Of a stretch of 64,000 nucleotides of DNA, positions 1 through 13,815 are shown in pieces. This stretch comes from Oopsacas minuta (taxonomy: Eukaryota > Animalia > Porifera). The notes under the pieces were generated by a model. It saw only the letters and a program-made list of their open reading frames with translations. It ran no database searches and was not told where the DNA came from. Numbering within the stretch: the first letter of the stretch is position 1; each line of letters opens with the position of its first letter. Made by a program: the position numbers and the translations under genes. The stretch is from the NCBI GenBank assembly GCA_024704765.1, contig JAKMXF010000233.1, positions 62,001 to 126,000 of the forward strand, read 5' to 3'.

Positions 1-91
1 CTACACCAATACAGCTAGCATTTTCACTGTCAAAGAATTTCTGAGCAAATGGTCCAGTCGATAATCATTTCTTGTTCCTGTTAAAATATAG

Positions 92-151
92 AGTGGAGTC
101 TCCCAAAACGGATACTCCGAGAGGCGGACAATCCCTCTACAACAGACAAAC
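92..151. mobile_element. Terminal fragment of a pogo/Tigger-type MITE
   Basis: agtggagtctcccaaaacggatactccgag... is the near-exact reverse complement of 51321-51381. Confidence 0.65.
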
Positions 152-186
152 AGAATGATTAATTTTAGAATTCTATTCTATTTTAG

Positions 187-3100
187 CTGAAAGAGCTGGA
201 GAAAGAATTGGAGAAGAGAAGAGATTTCCTTGGCATCTCATGCAGACAATCTAGATTCTATTCACAAGTAGCAGATAAAGATGATTACAACTGGGAAGTA
301 ATTGCTTCAAAAAGTTTTACAATGCCACTTAAATATAACCCTAACGGTAATTTGCTAATACGTATAGTCGTATACGGGGTTTCTGAAATTCCAGTAAAAC
401 TCTGAATCAGAATTTATCTGAGTAGGTGAATTTCAGGAAAATACACTAAGCCAAGCGTGAATATTCGGTCAAGACGGCCCGAACTTCAAATCATAATGCT
501 ATATGCATAGTCTACGTCTAGCCGTTTGGCGTATAGCCCTGTTATTTACCAAAATTAACTATGACGTATTGTATTAGTAACCTCTCTCATTCCTCTAGTA
601 AAGCTATCAGCTGTGGATGAGAACAGAGTTACACAGCACAGCTCAGTTATGCGACCAGCTAGACACTCCTCAGCTGTTCCAATCAGGATAGATCCTACCA
701 TGATGCAAATAAGACAAAATAAACACAGCGCTAGTACAACCTATAACAAGGTTAATTGGTAATAATGTATTGCTATTATCGTTTCGTTTTATCGTGTTAT
801 TTCAGTTATTAATGCACTGGTGTGTTTTTGAATGGCTTATGTCCCGCATATTCAAAATATATTGTCGAACTTCTAAACTCTCTTACGCACGCTTTTAGAC
901 TATTCTTGCACTGCTACGAATCATGAATAATCTTATTTTCTACAGAATAAATTATTCATTACCTGGGATTTCGAATATTACTGATTCCGCATTCCATACC
1001 AATCTCTCTCCTATTTATAGAAAAGCAATGCATCAGATTCCTACTCTACAGCCAGTCCTATGGAAGGGAATTCCTTCCTTTCTCTCTACTCCCGAGGCTC
1101 CAGTTCTCATATCAGCTCTACATCAGTTAGTTCTGATGAAGATAGATGTCTGTCTTGTCCTGTTACCGAAATGATCCTCCGCAAACATAACGAGAAAATG
1201 AGAAACGAAGTTATAAAGAAACGAGCCTCACAACACCTAGACCTAGCTTTCCCCGAGAAAGCAATCGTTCAGAAAAAGAAAGAAACAATCGACAATTTGA
1301 ATTTAGATATAACTAATCATGTTATTTTCAAACCTCCCACACGCTATCCAGATCCTACAAACTCTAAAATATCATTCTCTGCTCCAAAACAATCTGCCAA
1401 AGAATTCTATGCAAAATCTTTACCATTGGATGACAGGGAAGAACGAGAAGAGCGAAATCTCACACATTCAGCTAATTTTGTGAAACATCAGTATAGTTCT
1501 GATCAGATATCTAAACAATACGAACACAAGCTAGCCTACACCCAACAAAATAGCAGTACACGCTTTCATAGGACGCCTAGTCCACGGACAGTTCTCTCTA
1601 ATAACACAAAATATCCACTACCTTATACGCGGGTGAGTTGTGTTGAGGTATTGTAAGGATAATACTTTGCTAAGGAATATCTACCTGGGATATTATATTT
1701 TTATAAATACTGTACATTTCTACAATTTTTATGTGAACTCAGCCAATATATGATAATTAGAATGTTTATACTGCACTTCCAATACCTTTACTTTTTGAAT
1801 ATAAATACGTTAAATTGTATATAAAGCAACAAAAATGCAATTAACCAAACGGTTCCCAACCTGGGATTCACGGATGACAGGAGGATCTCTAAAAATTTGC
1901 ATTGCAGTCTATGGGAGGGGTCAACAAAAAGTGTTGAAATTGGTAGGGGGTGTATGGGTGGAAAAGGTTGGGAACCGCTGGTGCATGGATTAAGCTGGAG
2001 ATAAATGCTACATGAAAAATTCAGCTAACAACATTGTGATATACGATTATACGTTCATGACAAATGCAAACGAAGGAATGGGTATCCTGCCAAAACGGAT
2101 AGTAGGAAAGTATAGGTAATATAATTATCATGGTCGACAGGTCGAACCATTGCCCTACTGAAAGTTTCAGAATCTAATGATTAAATTTTCAAAATTATTC
2201 ATGTCAGATCAATATTACCTCTGTATTTGCTAATACTCTATGATCTTGCGATACGACTGTTCTTTCGTATTATTTCAACTCATAAAATATAGCAATAGTC
2301 TAAATATAATTCCTTTCTCGAAAGTTATTTTTATAATTTTCTTATTTTTTCCATCAAAGTCACCTCAGCAATTTCTGAGTATTTTATTAATTAACCGCCC
2401 ACTCACATATCACTATGTAAGAATGTAAAAGAATGTACCAGCAATGTTGATAATATTTAGCGTACTTGGAATCCTGGATTATCATGTAAAGTTGTATTTA
2501 TTTCAGAGAATATTGCCCAAAAGTTCATAGATGATAACCTAATGATATTTCAATTACATCAGAAATTAATCCTTACTTCCTGTTGTGTATTGAAATACAA
2601 TACTTTCCAATAATTATTAGGTTATTTTAGTTTATTAAATAATGTTTAAATTAGCATAAAGTGATTTCTCAACCTGTAAGCTTGTAAGTATATCACTGTT
2701 GTCATTTTGAAGAGTTATACCCAATAATAATTTGAATTTAAACTCACAGCTAATTCATGTCTGAAATAGAAAGTACTCTTAATGAAGGAAGTTGATGGAA
2801 TTTCAATTTAGTCATACTTTGGAGGTCAGGCATGCAAGAATTTGTTTATACTTAGATGATGTAATACTTTAGACATTTGTAATAATTCTACTTATATAAT
2901 GGTTGCATACAGTTGAACCTGCATAAACCGACACCTGTATAAGCCGGAAGACCTCTATAATCCATCTCTGAAATAGCTTCCGATGATACAAGTGCACCTG
3001 CATAATCCGATAATTTACTAAATCGACAAAATCTGAGCAAGTTATAGATTTTGCTTGAGCATGAACTTTTGACGTATGGCATGAACAATAAGTGTTATCT

Positions 3101-4959
3101 GTGGCATGAATCTTTTGGCAAATCATCTGACAACACTGAATTTGCACAGGTTTTATTGTAGCACACTCACACTGAATTTATATAACTCTTTTCTTACTAG
3201 GTCAATTCAGTTCCGTACGGATTATTTTCAAGCAAATCTCCTTCACACGAAAAGATTAACAACACTGAACTAAGGAATGACGTAATTAGTCATAGTCAAA
3301 CACATCTGACTCCTAATCACTCTTACACTACAAATACAGTGGATAGGTTAGCTTATAGCTATGGAGGGAATTACACACAATCTAATGGTACTACTAAATC
3401 AGCTGTTCCTATCACAAGAATACACACCAGTCCTTCTAATGTTACTGCACTGGAATATTCTAAGGTGATAAACTACATACAATAAAATTTGTTAATAATT
3501 TGAAAAATATAAGTTGGAGAGACACTTAATTAATTTTGTTCAATATGAAGTATAGTTAATAGCGAATGATGGGTTAATTTTACCTGAACACGGGTTTTTA
3601 TTAATCTGCATTGCTTACTTAATTTTTAGTTCGGATACGTCTGGTAACCATGGCGTAGCCAGGCCCTGGGTAACCCAATTCTTGGTCTGGAATTATTATG
3701 TTATCTATGTAATAGAGGTTGTAATAATATACAGAAGCCTAGCTAGACTCACGGCTACCGACACCTCTGTTGATAAATATTATCTGCCTCCTTCCTATTT
3801 AGCCTACTCACTACCCTCAGTCTACAAGTCCTAAACTTAACCACAAGAACATGCAAGCTCGCCTCTCTCCCAAACCTGACCCCCGTGTTGTTATCCCACC
3901 AAATGTTCCTAATCAATATCAACCTTACCTCCGTACACAGAATCCTGCAACCAACAAATATATAAACCCTCCCTTGTGTAGGATACAGGTAACATCGCCT
4001 GATTCTCGGCAATACTCTCCTATTGAACCTACTAGGTAGGTACAACTCTTATGTATTTATAAGGGAACTTCGTTAACACGAACAAAGTTATTACGAATTC
4101 CGGATAAGGCCGACTAATATTTGCACATAATCAGGGATCTGACGGTGGATCTTTAAAACAAGCTATTTTTGTTCTTTTCTAAAGACATAATGTAACCCCT
4201 AGTATAACCATCAATTAGCTACTATATTAATGATTTTGATAAAATATTTAAAACCTTGTTGATTACCATTACCTCCACTTACATATACCTCTGCTTGTAT
4301 ATATTACAGTTTACGTCGTTAGCTCAGCCTCCTTAGATTGAAATAGTATCCTTGGGGGAATTCGAATTCACACAGTTGACTATAAATTCAACCTAGACTG
4401 ATAGACCTTAGTATATAATGATGTTCAGTTAGGGCTTACTCTTTAATATCTTTTCTTTTTGATCGAAAACTATATTTCTTATAGATACAAAAGTCCATAC
4501 AACCATCAATACCATACCCAATCTATTTCTGAAGAGAGATATAGACCTACAACCCTAAGCAATCCCTCACAAACTAACACACAATACCATCCTACAAATC
4601 TCACAGCTATCTCACTACATGATCCTCTCAGCTACTCTGCATCTGTCCCTGTGCCATCACCTTTGTCACAACAACCCTCACCAGGAGTTAAATGCAAAAT
4701 AGATTACTGGGAAAATCAAACTGCAGCTAATATGAGACCCACAATACATAACAGTAAGTCTCTTGATAAAATTGCTAGGAAAAGTTATCCGGACTATATA
4801 CCTGTTCAGGAGAAAAACAGACAGTCAATGAATATCTCTAATGTTACTTCTAGAAGTTTTAGAAGCTCATACAATTCAGATAGTAACGCTGCTGCATTCC
4901 AACAACGTGATTACACCAAAGGAATGCCATCAAATTCTGATGAAGGAACTCCTGTTTAA
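187..4959 (+). CDS. 5'-incomplete multi-exon gene, about 631 aa visible. N-terminal coiled-coil segment, then S/T/P/Q/N-rich low-complexity region, ending in ...DEGTPV*. Function unknown.
   Basis: Exons 187-346, 599-750, 1021-1632, 3201-3464, 3803-4035 and 4485-4959 join by hand into one open frame with AG/GT boundaries and compatible phases (1,0,0,0,2). Includes ORF-track segments 1060-1656, 3851-4039 and 4459-4959. AATAAA near 5090. Confidence 0.7.
1847..1980. mobile_element. Short non-autonomous hAT-type MITE
   Basis: Ends aaacggttcccaacct ... aggttgggaaccgctg (14/16 inverted match), the CAGNGGTTCCCAACC-type hAT terminus. Confidence 0.65.
2910..3158. mobile_element. pogo/Tigger-type MITE with TA target duplication
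   Basis: TA-cagttgaacctgcataaaccg ... gcacaggttttattg-TA; related copy at 13816-13972. Confidence 0.65.
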
Positions 4960-7191
4960 ATTGTCTCTCCTATTTTAATGTTTTATTCTTGTATGTAGCT
5001 GCCTATTTTACACGCTAGACTGGTCGTTTTATTTTGAATCATGGCAGATTTCTCTATTTTTGAATGTACACGGAATTAACTGATAAGAATAATAAACATG
5101 TAATATATTTTGTTAGAGATGTTCGGGTAGTTTTCTAGAAACTGATAGGGAAGCTGCTACAGTCAGCTCCCGTTATATCGAATACGGATATACCGAAGTC
5201 AGAAACTGTACAATTTTAGCCCCAAACTAAACCATCTAAGTTCACATAACTAGGAAGCACAATTTTTACTTCAATAATGAGATACTAGAATAGGTACATG
5301 AGGCGAAGGTAGTTATGCTCCATCATAGGGTAGTTAATAAATTACAAGTTTGAAGTTTCTAATTACCAGGGTCCTGTAACGCTATAAATGGTCAGAATGG
5401 CATAACTGGTTCGGGGTGGAACAACTATGGCCGACATCAATTATAAGCAATATTCTTAACAAATGGAGGTAGTTAGGCATCCAGCAGGCCTGAAATTCAT
5501 CCATAGTAAATTTCATCTATACAACTCAATAGAGAACTGAACACAACAAACGAATATCATAAACTGATTCGATAAGCGACTAGATATTGCTACCAGATAC
5601 AAGCAAGAGACACTACGACAAGATAGAGTCAACTTGTTTAAGGGACCAGTTATGGCATGACAGACCTTATGATATTATATCTTCATGTGTTGCTCTCTAT
5701 TAGGAAGTTTTGAATTTCTACATTTGGCTAGAGGGACGAAGTACAAATATTTGAAACGGTTGTAAAACCTGTCCGTAAAATTTGTTTAAGATCAGTTGAA
5801 TTTAGCTTGTTTTTGGCATGAAATGGGTGACTAATAAAATATTTACCCACCAGAGGGCAAAATTATGTTCATTTCGTTATGAATCACTGATATAACTTCT
5901 ATTGCACCAGGAAATTAAAGTGATAAGGTTATTAAATACTACACACCAATTGGATTGCCAAATGCTGGTCAGACCAGCGTTTAACACAAAAATATGTATT
6001 TTCTCAATTATATTCGTAACGATTAATAATTCTAACAACGAGGGCGCTTCCCTTGCGAGCATTGTGTCCGCATGTAACTCAGCAGGTCATGCCTTGAATT
6101 CTTTATACGAACACAAATATTTACATATAAGTACAGTGGATCTCATTTATTATCATAAAAAGTTAAAATCTAAAACCATTTTCGTTACTTCTTGTACTTA
6201 AACACTTGGTTAAAGTCATATTGCGTAATGTCATATCCCGGATATTGTCATCAAAATGTGGTCAGATTTGGTATCCTTTCCGAATAATATGATATAATTG
6301 AACTTGAATCCAGTTTGAAGATTAATAGTATTAGTCTATTAGAAGGAAACACTTGAAGATATATTGAGTATAATTGAACAGTGTGAACAAACTCTTTTGC
6401 ATATAGTTGTGTCTACATGTATTGCAATTTAGTACTGAACACGTACACACATACTCCGTACACTACGTATACGAATTGGATTCCCATATTATCCCTGATA
6501 ATGTCACATTCGCATGAGAAGTATGAAATAATCCGGGAAACTTATTTCCCGGATTATGTCATAAAACACTCATGCACGAGAAATGTGATTTTAAGCGGGA
6601 TCCAATGTAACCTGAAAGGGCGAAATTTGAAATCAGCGTACCTCAATACCCCAGGATATTCATTGAAACCAAGTTTCTGAGACTTCTTTAGCAAATTGTT
6701 TACTTTTTATTCATAAAAACAAATTAATATTACTCCAGTTAATACGAAAGTGTGATTGAAACATGTTTCAATGATGATTTTAATGCAATTCTGGAATTAA
6801 ATAAAATATTTCAAAAATTAATGGCCTGTTTATTCGGACCCCTAAACTATAGGCCGGTCCGAACAGACCTCGAACCTGGGCCAGGATTGCGACCTCTAGC
6901 TGGACCCCCAGAATGGGTACGTTTACGCCTATGCGTTTAATGCCTTTTCAATGAATATAAATTTGATTAATGCCAATTTCGACGCTCCTTTTGTGCCCAT
7001 CTTAACGTGTCAATTGTTTGTGCATAGGCTACCAACGAATTGAGATTTGGACTGATCAAAATATCAAATTGTATGCGTGTAAGATGTAATATACTACTGT
7101 AATATATGGAATATATTCACCATTCTTTCAACTGGGTCAATGCTTTTCTGATTAGCTAGCTTGTAAAATTATCAAAATTTGTGCCTGGTGA

Positions 7192-8396
7192 ATGGCTACT
7201 GCAGAAATTGGTTTGAACATTGAAGGTTTAGACAGATACGATGCTCTGTCTCAACAGATACAAGAGACTTTCTTAGAGTTCCACTCTCTATTGGATAGGA
7301 AACGGATCCTACTTCTAGAGAGGGTTAAATATATGAAAGACCTTAATTTTAAGTATTTAGACCTGAGTAAGGCACTAAAACAGCTGGAAGACATTAAGAG
7401 TGCTACAAATGAAATATTGACAGAGAACTTAATAGCAGAGAAGAAAGGACAAGTTGTCAGTTTATTGGATGATAATATTGCAAATTTAGAGAGAGAGAAA
7501 GCCGATTTATTTCCCTATTATTCGATTTTCAATTCATGTCTAATTCTGTAGAACTAATAAATAGTATTAACAAGATTCACTTGGGAAATTGTGGAGTGAA
7601 TGAATTTAGCCATAGAAGAGAGCCAATTCTTATGAAAGGAAAAAGAGGAGTTGTAGAAGGAGAAATTGCAAGTCCTCGTGGAGTAGCTGTTGATAAAGGA
7701 TATGGTCTCATTTATATTGTAGATTTTTTCACCAAAATAGTTTCCATCTACACTCTTGAAGGAGATTTTCTGAAAAGCTTTGGTCGAGGGATATTACATG
7801 ATCCTCATGGTATCTGTCTATCTGAAGAGTTTGTGTTTGTTACTAATAGAGGCACTAATTCTATTACCAAATTCCTAAAATCTGGACATTTGGTTCACGA
7901 TTCGAAATACGCAAACCCAGGATTACAACTATCTCTTCTGAGCAGTTTATGTACTCACAATAAGTATGTATATGTTTGTAATAGAGCAAAACATAGAATT
8001 GAATTATTCAATTGTGATCTTTTATTTATAAAAAGCTTCGGTCAAAGAAGGTTTCATTGTCCTGAAGATATTAAAATCAATAACGATGTGATTTTTGTAG
8101 TAACTCAATCCGAACAGACAATCTATGCATTCAGCACAGATCTTGAATTTATCTCTACTATTTCCTTAACTGGACAGAATATTTCTATAGCGTTCTTCTT
8201 CACTATTGACTTGAATAGTAACTTTATATTCAGTGATTTTCATGCAGGCAGATTAGAGGTATTCTCTTCATCAGGTGAACACATTGATTCACTCGGAGAT
8301 AATTATTTGTCATTTCCAGGGGGAATTTCCATGGATGGTAACAACAGAATTGTAACAGTTTCGCAGTCTGATATCAATTCCATACAAATATACTAA
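7192..8396 (+). CDS. Coiled-coil + NHL-repeat (TRIM-NHL-like) protein split by a 2-bp frameshift; pseudogene or assembly error
   Basis: ORF 7536-8396 has NHL beta-propeller repeats (SPRGVAVD, DPHGICL, FPGGISMD). ORF 7192-7551 is helical. Removing one GA from (GA)5 at 7489-7498 gives a single frame ...NLERESRFISLLFDFQFMSNSVE... Confidence 0.8.
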
Positions 8397-8937
8397 CTAT
8401 TTTTAATAAGTGAATTTTTGAACTCATTTTCTTATCTAATTACGCTGATTAACATGGAATGCGTGAATAATTTTAGTTACCCCATAATATTACTTACTGA
8501 TTATGTATAAATCGCTTCATGTTATTACACATTTTTTTGCCCAACCCATAAAGATTGGGGCAACTATTATAGAATTTTATGTTGATGTAATTACAGGTAA
8601 ACCTCCGAAATGCGACACCTTTGGGAGCAGCGCTTGTGGCGGATCTTCCGAGTGGAGGTTGCTCAAATACGTATAGCAATAAAGTATCATAGATTATCAA
8701 TAATTATCGATATTGAATTTTTAACTACGCAGGCAGTAAAATGTGGATTACGCAATCTGTGAGCAAAGAATTATGCATATATTTGGAAAAAATGCAAATA
8801 AATTCTTTCCTGACGGGGTACAAATTTTGGGGATAAACTGCTGTCTTCCATAAATCTAAAACACAAATACTTATTAAGTTAATAGCAAACATACTTATAC
8901 AGCAATGAGAATTACAAATTCTGGAATTAAACAGTTG

Positions 8938-10146
8938 CTATTTAGCCGTTTTCTCCTCACAAGCATAGTCTTGACTATCTCCGTTGTAGCTATAGCTGAA
9001 AACAATGAAATCATTACGAAATATTTCATACAGTTTCTCACGGAGATTCTGTGGAATTTTACTGAAGTACTCATTACACTTAGCACGTGTAGCTATTCTT
9101 GTATATTTTTCAAATTCGATAGGGAGATTCGATTTTTTGTTCTTCTGGAGATAATCAACTAATATTTGTGATTCTTCAACGACGAAATCATGGTCTATAA
9201 TAATGTCATAATTTGCAACACAAGGATTACAGAGATGAGTGATTGGAGTCCAATGCATATCCAATTCATACAAAATATTCTTATCCAGGAAGATAGCGAC
9301 CCATGTAACAAACTCTAAAAATGTAATGTTCAACTGTTTTCCTGGCAATTCCATACGTTGTTGCTGTTTCTTAATTTCTTGCTTATCTTCTAATGAAAGC
9401 TTAAAATAGTTTTTATTAACCAGATAATTAACTGAAATAATCTGCTTTGCGTAATTAGCAGCTAAAATAAAATTATTCGCATTAACTCCAAATTTATTAC
9501 CATAAGCTGAAACAAGCCGTTCGAATGGGTGTCTGTAGATGAAGAATTTAGTGTATGTTTGTACGCGACGTGCTGTATCAGTAATCTGACTTAGGTATGT
9601 TAATAAACTGTATTTTTGCCTAGCTGAATACGTCAATTTTCCATCAATACCAATCATTCTAGAGAATTTTTTGGCCAAAGTGCTGGCTGTTGCTTTCGGT
9701 ACCACACAATTTAAAACCTCGTAATCATCATTAAATCGCATGGAACAAACTCCATATCCATTATTGAGTTCATAACTCAATTCGCCTTGTATTTTCCCAC
9801 AGTTTTCTTTAACTGAGTTTCTACGCTCCGAAAACTTGGGATAAATTTGTGTGAGAGGATGTTGACCTTTACTTTCCATTGCTTGGATATATTCATCAGT
9901 AAGGAGTATCTGTTTACCTTTAATATTTATCAAAATTTCTCCATTCCAGTTATTTCTGTAATCAATCCATGAAGAATTGAAGGAGCTAATCTCAACTTCC
10001 ACAGGTTCTGATTCTTCTTCTTTGACATTTCTAAAGCTCAGAATGGGGATGTTATGTGATGGTATAGTCGAGAGTTTGTATATTATTCCACTGAAGACTG
10101 TGAGTGATATGATTAATATTATTAGTTGACTCTTCTTCGATGACAT
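8938..10146 (-). CDS. Carbohydrate sulfotransferase, Sulfotransfer_2 family (CHST11/HNK-1ST-like), type II membrane protein, single exon
   Basis: N-terminal TM anchor after MSSKKSQ (ATG 10146), PAPS-binding motifs VPKATAST and FFIYRHPFERLVSAY, downstream HWTP and LCNPC motifs. Confidence 0.9.
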   Translation of the reverse strand: MSSKKSQLIILIISLTVFSGIIYKLSTIPSHNIPILSFRNVKEEESEPVEVEISSFNSSWIDYRNNWNGEILINIKGKQILLTDEYIQAMESKGQHPLTQIYPKFSERRNSVKENCGKIQGELSYELNNGYGVCSMRFNDDYEVLNCVVPKATASTLAKKFSRMIGIDGKLTYSARQKYSLLTYLSQITDTARRVQTYTKFFIYRHPFERLVSAYGNKFGVNANNFILAANYAKQIISVNYLVNKNYFKLSLEDKQEIKKQQQRMELPGKQLNITFLEFVTWVAIFLDKNILYELDMHWTPITHLCNPCVANYDIIIDHDFVVEESQILVDYLQKNKKSNLPIEFEKYTRIATRAKCNEYFSKIPQNLREKLYEIFRNDFIVFSYSYNGDSQDYACEEKTAK

Positions 10147-12423
10147 TATTGTGATTAGAATACAATTTCTAAACAAGGGATCACGATATTTACAAATTGC
10201 ATCTGTCCATATGCCTCGAGTGTATTTGTCCCTAAATCAATCCAGGGACGTAGCAAACATTTCAATTGGTCTAGTTGACCTTGACCTATAAGCCATCATA
10301 GTTGGTCCAGTTGAAACCTGACCTAAGGCTATGAAATCAATTTACTGTCTCCGTAGGCATTATGAATAAATACAAACCACAAGTAGCTTGTATATTCAAT
10401 CCAACTTAAGGTATAACTAAGTTGACTAATTCATGAATTAATTAAATCAGTATTCTTGAAGTCTAAAAGGAATTATTCAAAGATTTTCTGGATTTTAGAA
10501 TATATTTGGATAGAACTTTTATCGGTTTTAAATCCCTGAAAAATTGATCAATACAGATCTAGTAACTGATATTTAGATTTCTCTTGTGTTGTATTCGAAT
10601 AGTTTCGTTTTGTTATACTTGGGTTCTTATTCGAGTACCGTATTTCCCTGAATAAGCGCAGGGGGCGAGAAAAAGTCTTCAAAACATATTTATCACCATC
10701 CTATGAAAGAATTTTTTGATGAAAAATTATTCAGTGAAATACAGCAATTCTTTGAATAATTCATAATTCATCGCCATTTTCCAAGAATTAGTCAACTCAG
10801 GGGTAATTACGTAAACACTAAATCTGATAAGTCAGGGCATTTGTTACCTATCAGAGAGTTGTTGTGCTTAGATATCATACAGTGATCTCTCTCTCACTTG
10901 CTGAAAGACTTCATAAGTTCATGTACACATGCTCTTAACAGTTTCTCAATCTATTGTGTACTAAAATATCAATTGAGAAATACTGTAGAATTGTAGTTAA
11001 CTTTTATACAAGGAATCCTATTACAATGGAACCCGACACAGAGTGGCCTTATGACATATTTTTTGGATTCTCCATAATTGTTGAATTAGGAAAAAGGCAT
11101 TTCCAGAATCTAGTGGGTAGAGGAATCCTATTTTAATTAATTTAAAATTCTATCCCTTTGTGTGTTCATATTCTGTTTTAGTACAATATTTAATTTATAA
11201 GCATTATTAATAGATTTATCTTGGAGTTGTATTTCCCCATTTTTCGTTCTTATGATTTCTCCTCCCGAAATTCATTTATTTGTTACTACCGCGCTTCATT
11301 GTCCAGACCGATGAAAATGGAAAAAATTTTAAGACAATGTTATGAGAAATATCGGCCAGTTCATATTATTATGAGCAGTGTCTCCAACGCTTGGCCTTTT
11401 ATCTCACGCGTAGGGGACGAACCCCAAAACTTGGGATATTTTTCTTAGGTTTTTTGGATAAATAGACACGTTCTATGAATATTCTCTCACTCTTTAGACA
11501 ATATTCGATCTTTATTGCACACAAACTTCTTGCATATACATTATATAGTTTGTTAATTACGACTATTTGCCTAGATAATGAAATGGTTATGCTTCAGTTT
11601 GGATGTTTCAAATTTCTGTTGGCAACACTGATTGTGAGTACCTGACTATAGTTATGTTTGAAATGGTGAAGTAAATATATTCAATAAAGAACATAGGGTA
11701 TCACCAGACATTAGAAAGAGGTCCTCTGCCTATATTCATTGCTGAATATTAATTTACAGCTTATGTTGAACTAACTTGTCATTGAAAAAACACAACTACT
11801 TTCGTAGTAGCTTCTTTCTGAAATCAGTGCGTTTGATAAGCTAACTTTATCTAAACATGTCTAATTTTAGTCTTGTTCTATCTATTATTATTGTGGTAGC
11901 TTAATATTTTAGGACAGTTGGCAAATATGATCACCCCATTCATAGCCTTGCACCATCATAGCTGCATTTATATAATATATAAATAGCTGTGGCCAAATTC
12001 CTATAATCCCTATCGAAAGATATTACTAATTTATTACATTTGCATTTACCCGTATTTCATTGCCCTTAAAATGCCCGAGATTAAATAAGATAATCATAAT
12101 ACACCAGATATTGCATGGGGTAATATTTTTGCTGATGAATACTTTGTCTTACATTATCGATTTTTCACTACATCCCCATGCATCTCCACAGTATGCAAAA
12201 TGATAAATATTCAAATAATTTCTGCTAATTCTAATAACTGAAATGATCATATAGCTCTAAATTTAACAGGGTGACCTATTATAGGGATATTATTTCATTT
12301 TTTATACTTGTTACAACTAATATTAGACAGAAAATATGTACTTTAGTAATCAATATTGTGTAAGTCATGTAGTATAAAAGAAAATAGCTGGCGAATTCAT
12401 CAAATAGATAATCGAGCAATAGC

Positions 12424-13452
12424 ATGAATTCTTCAAATATATCTGTGTTTAAGATATGGGAACCACTCTTAGATTTGTTAGATCAAATAATTGATGCATA
12501 CGCTGGACTAGTGATAGGGATAAGCATATTGGTTTCTGGATTTTGGGTTATTTACCTATTTCATGAATTGGTTATTATTAAGAGGAGATATAAAAGGGCA
12601 TTGAATGATGTCAGAGACTTTGAAACAGAAGCAATTCTTAAAGATCTGAAATCTCGATTTGTAAAACATGTGATTCTCATATTGATCTGCTTTTTCGAGA
12701 TAAATGCAGCTATTTTTGCATTTGTTAGCATCTTACCACCGATTGAATACGCTTTCCTACTTTTCTACTTTTGTGTAACTTCTTCGTACTTTACTTTCTG
12801 CCTCTTGAATATCCTAACAACATATCTTATACGTGTATACTTAGATGAATCAGATCCCGGCAAAGATAAAGTCTCACTTATCTTGTTCATTTCGAAACTT
12901 TTGTCCTCCGTTTGTCTACCCATCGTATATTACTTTATTATACTGTCTATACTGCTAATTGAGATTCTATTCATTTGGGAATTCGTTAGGTTTATCCAAA
13001 ATGGCAAAATGTTAGACAGAGTTATCAGTTGGATTCAGCAAGACTTGTCTCTGGAGTTTGGTAGTGAAAGACGCGTGTTGGCGATAAAAAGAATGCGAAG
13101 ACGATTTAGATTCTTTAAATGTGTATTCATTACTTGCTACAGTTTCTTAATCCTCGCATTTCCTAGTGGGCTTTTGCAATACTATTTGGAGTATTTGCAA
13201 AAAATCAAACATGGCAACGATAGTATGATTTTAGCAATCCAGTTTGAAATGCCTGAAATTCTTTATATCGTACTTGCCTTCATAAACGATCTCCTTAAAT
13301 TCTCGGTGACAATCCTCGCTCCCTTCTATTTAATCTTCACAATACAGTATTTGTGTCCTTTTACATGCGGGAACATTTATCAGAGCCTACGACGTAGTAT
13401 GATAAGAAAATCTCAACACTCAGCCAATAAGCCTTTGCTCCCATCTCAGTGA
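12424..13452 (+). CDS. Orphan multi-pass membrane protein (about 5-6 hydrophobic segments), single exon
   Basis: 342-aa ORF with alternating hydrophobic stretches and basic loops, ending NKPLLPSQ*. No family motif recognised. Confidence 0.75.
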   Translation: MNSSNISVFKIWEPLLDLLDQIIDAYAGLVIGISILVSGFWVIYLFHELVIIKRRYKRALNDVRDFETEAILKDLKSRFVKHVILILICFFEINAAIFAFVSILPPIEYAFLLFYFCVTSSYFTFCLLNILTTYLIRVYLDESDPGKDKVSLILFISKLLSSVCLPIVYYFIILSILLIEILFIWEFVRFIQNGKMLDRVISWIQQDLSLEFGSERRVLAIKRMRRRFRFFKCVFITCYSFLILAFPSGLLQYYLEYLQKIKHGNDSMILAIQFEMPEILYIVLAFINDLLKFSVTILAPFYLIFTIQYLCPFTCGNIYQSLRRSMIRKSQHSANKPLLPSQ

Positions 13453-13815
13453 AAAGGTTTAGCTTCACCAAGATTTCATTAAGCAGCACTCAGTGTTACA
13501 TATTACAAAAATTACCGATATTATACAAGTAATTATCATTGATTGTATTATATAAAACAACTATCAGTTAGGGTCCCTTATTGTGAACCCTCACGGTACA
13601 AAAATATTATTCATAAAATAAGGACTTCATTTAAGCTAACTCGATTTAAGTTGTATTTGGGTCATTAAATTGTATGACCTTAGTACCAAGGCTGGGACCG
13701 ATTATTTCCAGGGAATCACGATTATGATTACAGTAAAATGTGTAATCGTAATCGGCCCCAGCACTGCTTAGCACATGCTTATCAATTTTTCAATTTTTGA
13801 TGATTATTCTTTAGA

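Noticed and set aside
923-1174. 83-aa ORF overlapping the first gene
   Set aside because: The acceptor at 1019-1020 places the real exon in the 1060 frame; this ORF is intron plus an alternative frame.
8905-9162. Hydrophobic plus-strand ORF overlapping the sulfotransferase 3' end
   Set aside because: Antisense shadow in AT-rich sequence, with no independent support.
10637-12400. Short ORFs and protein-like patches between the sulfotransferase and the TM gene
   Set aside because: All frames are interrupted within 20-30 codons and no family could be recognised; the region begins with a pogo-type terminus and is probably decayed transposon sequence.
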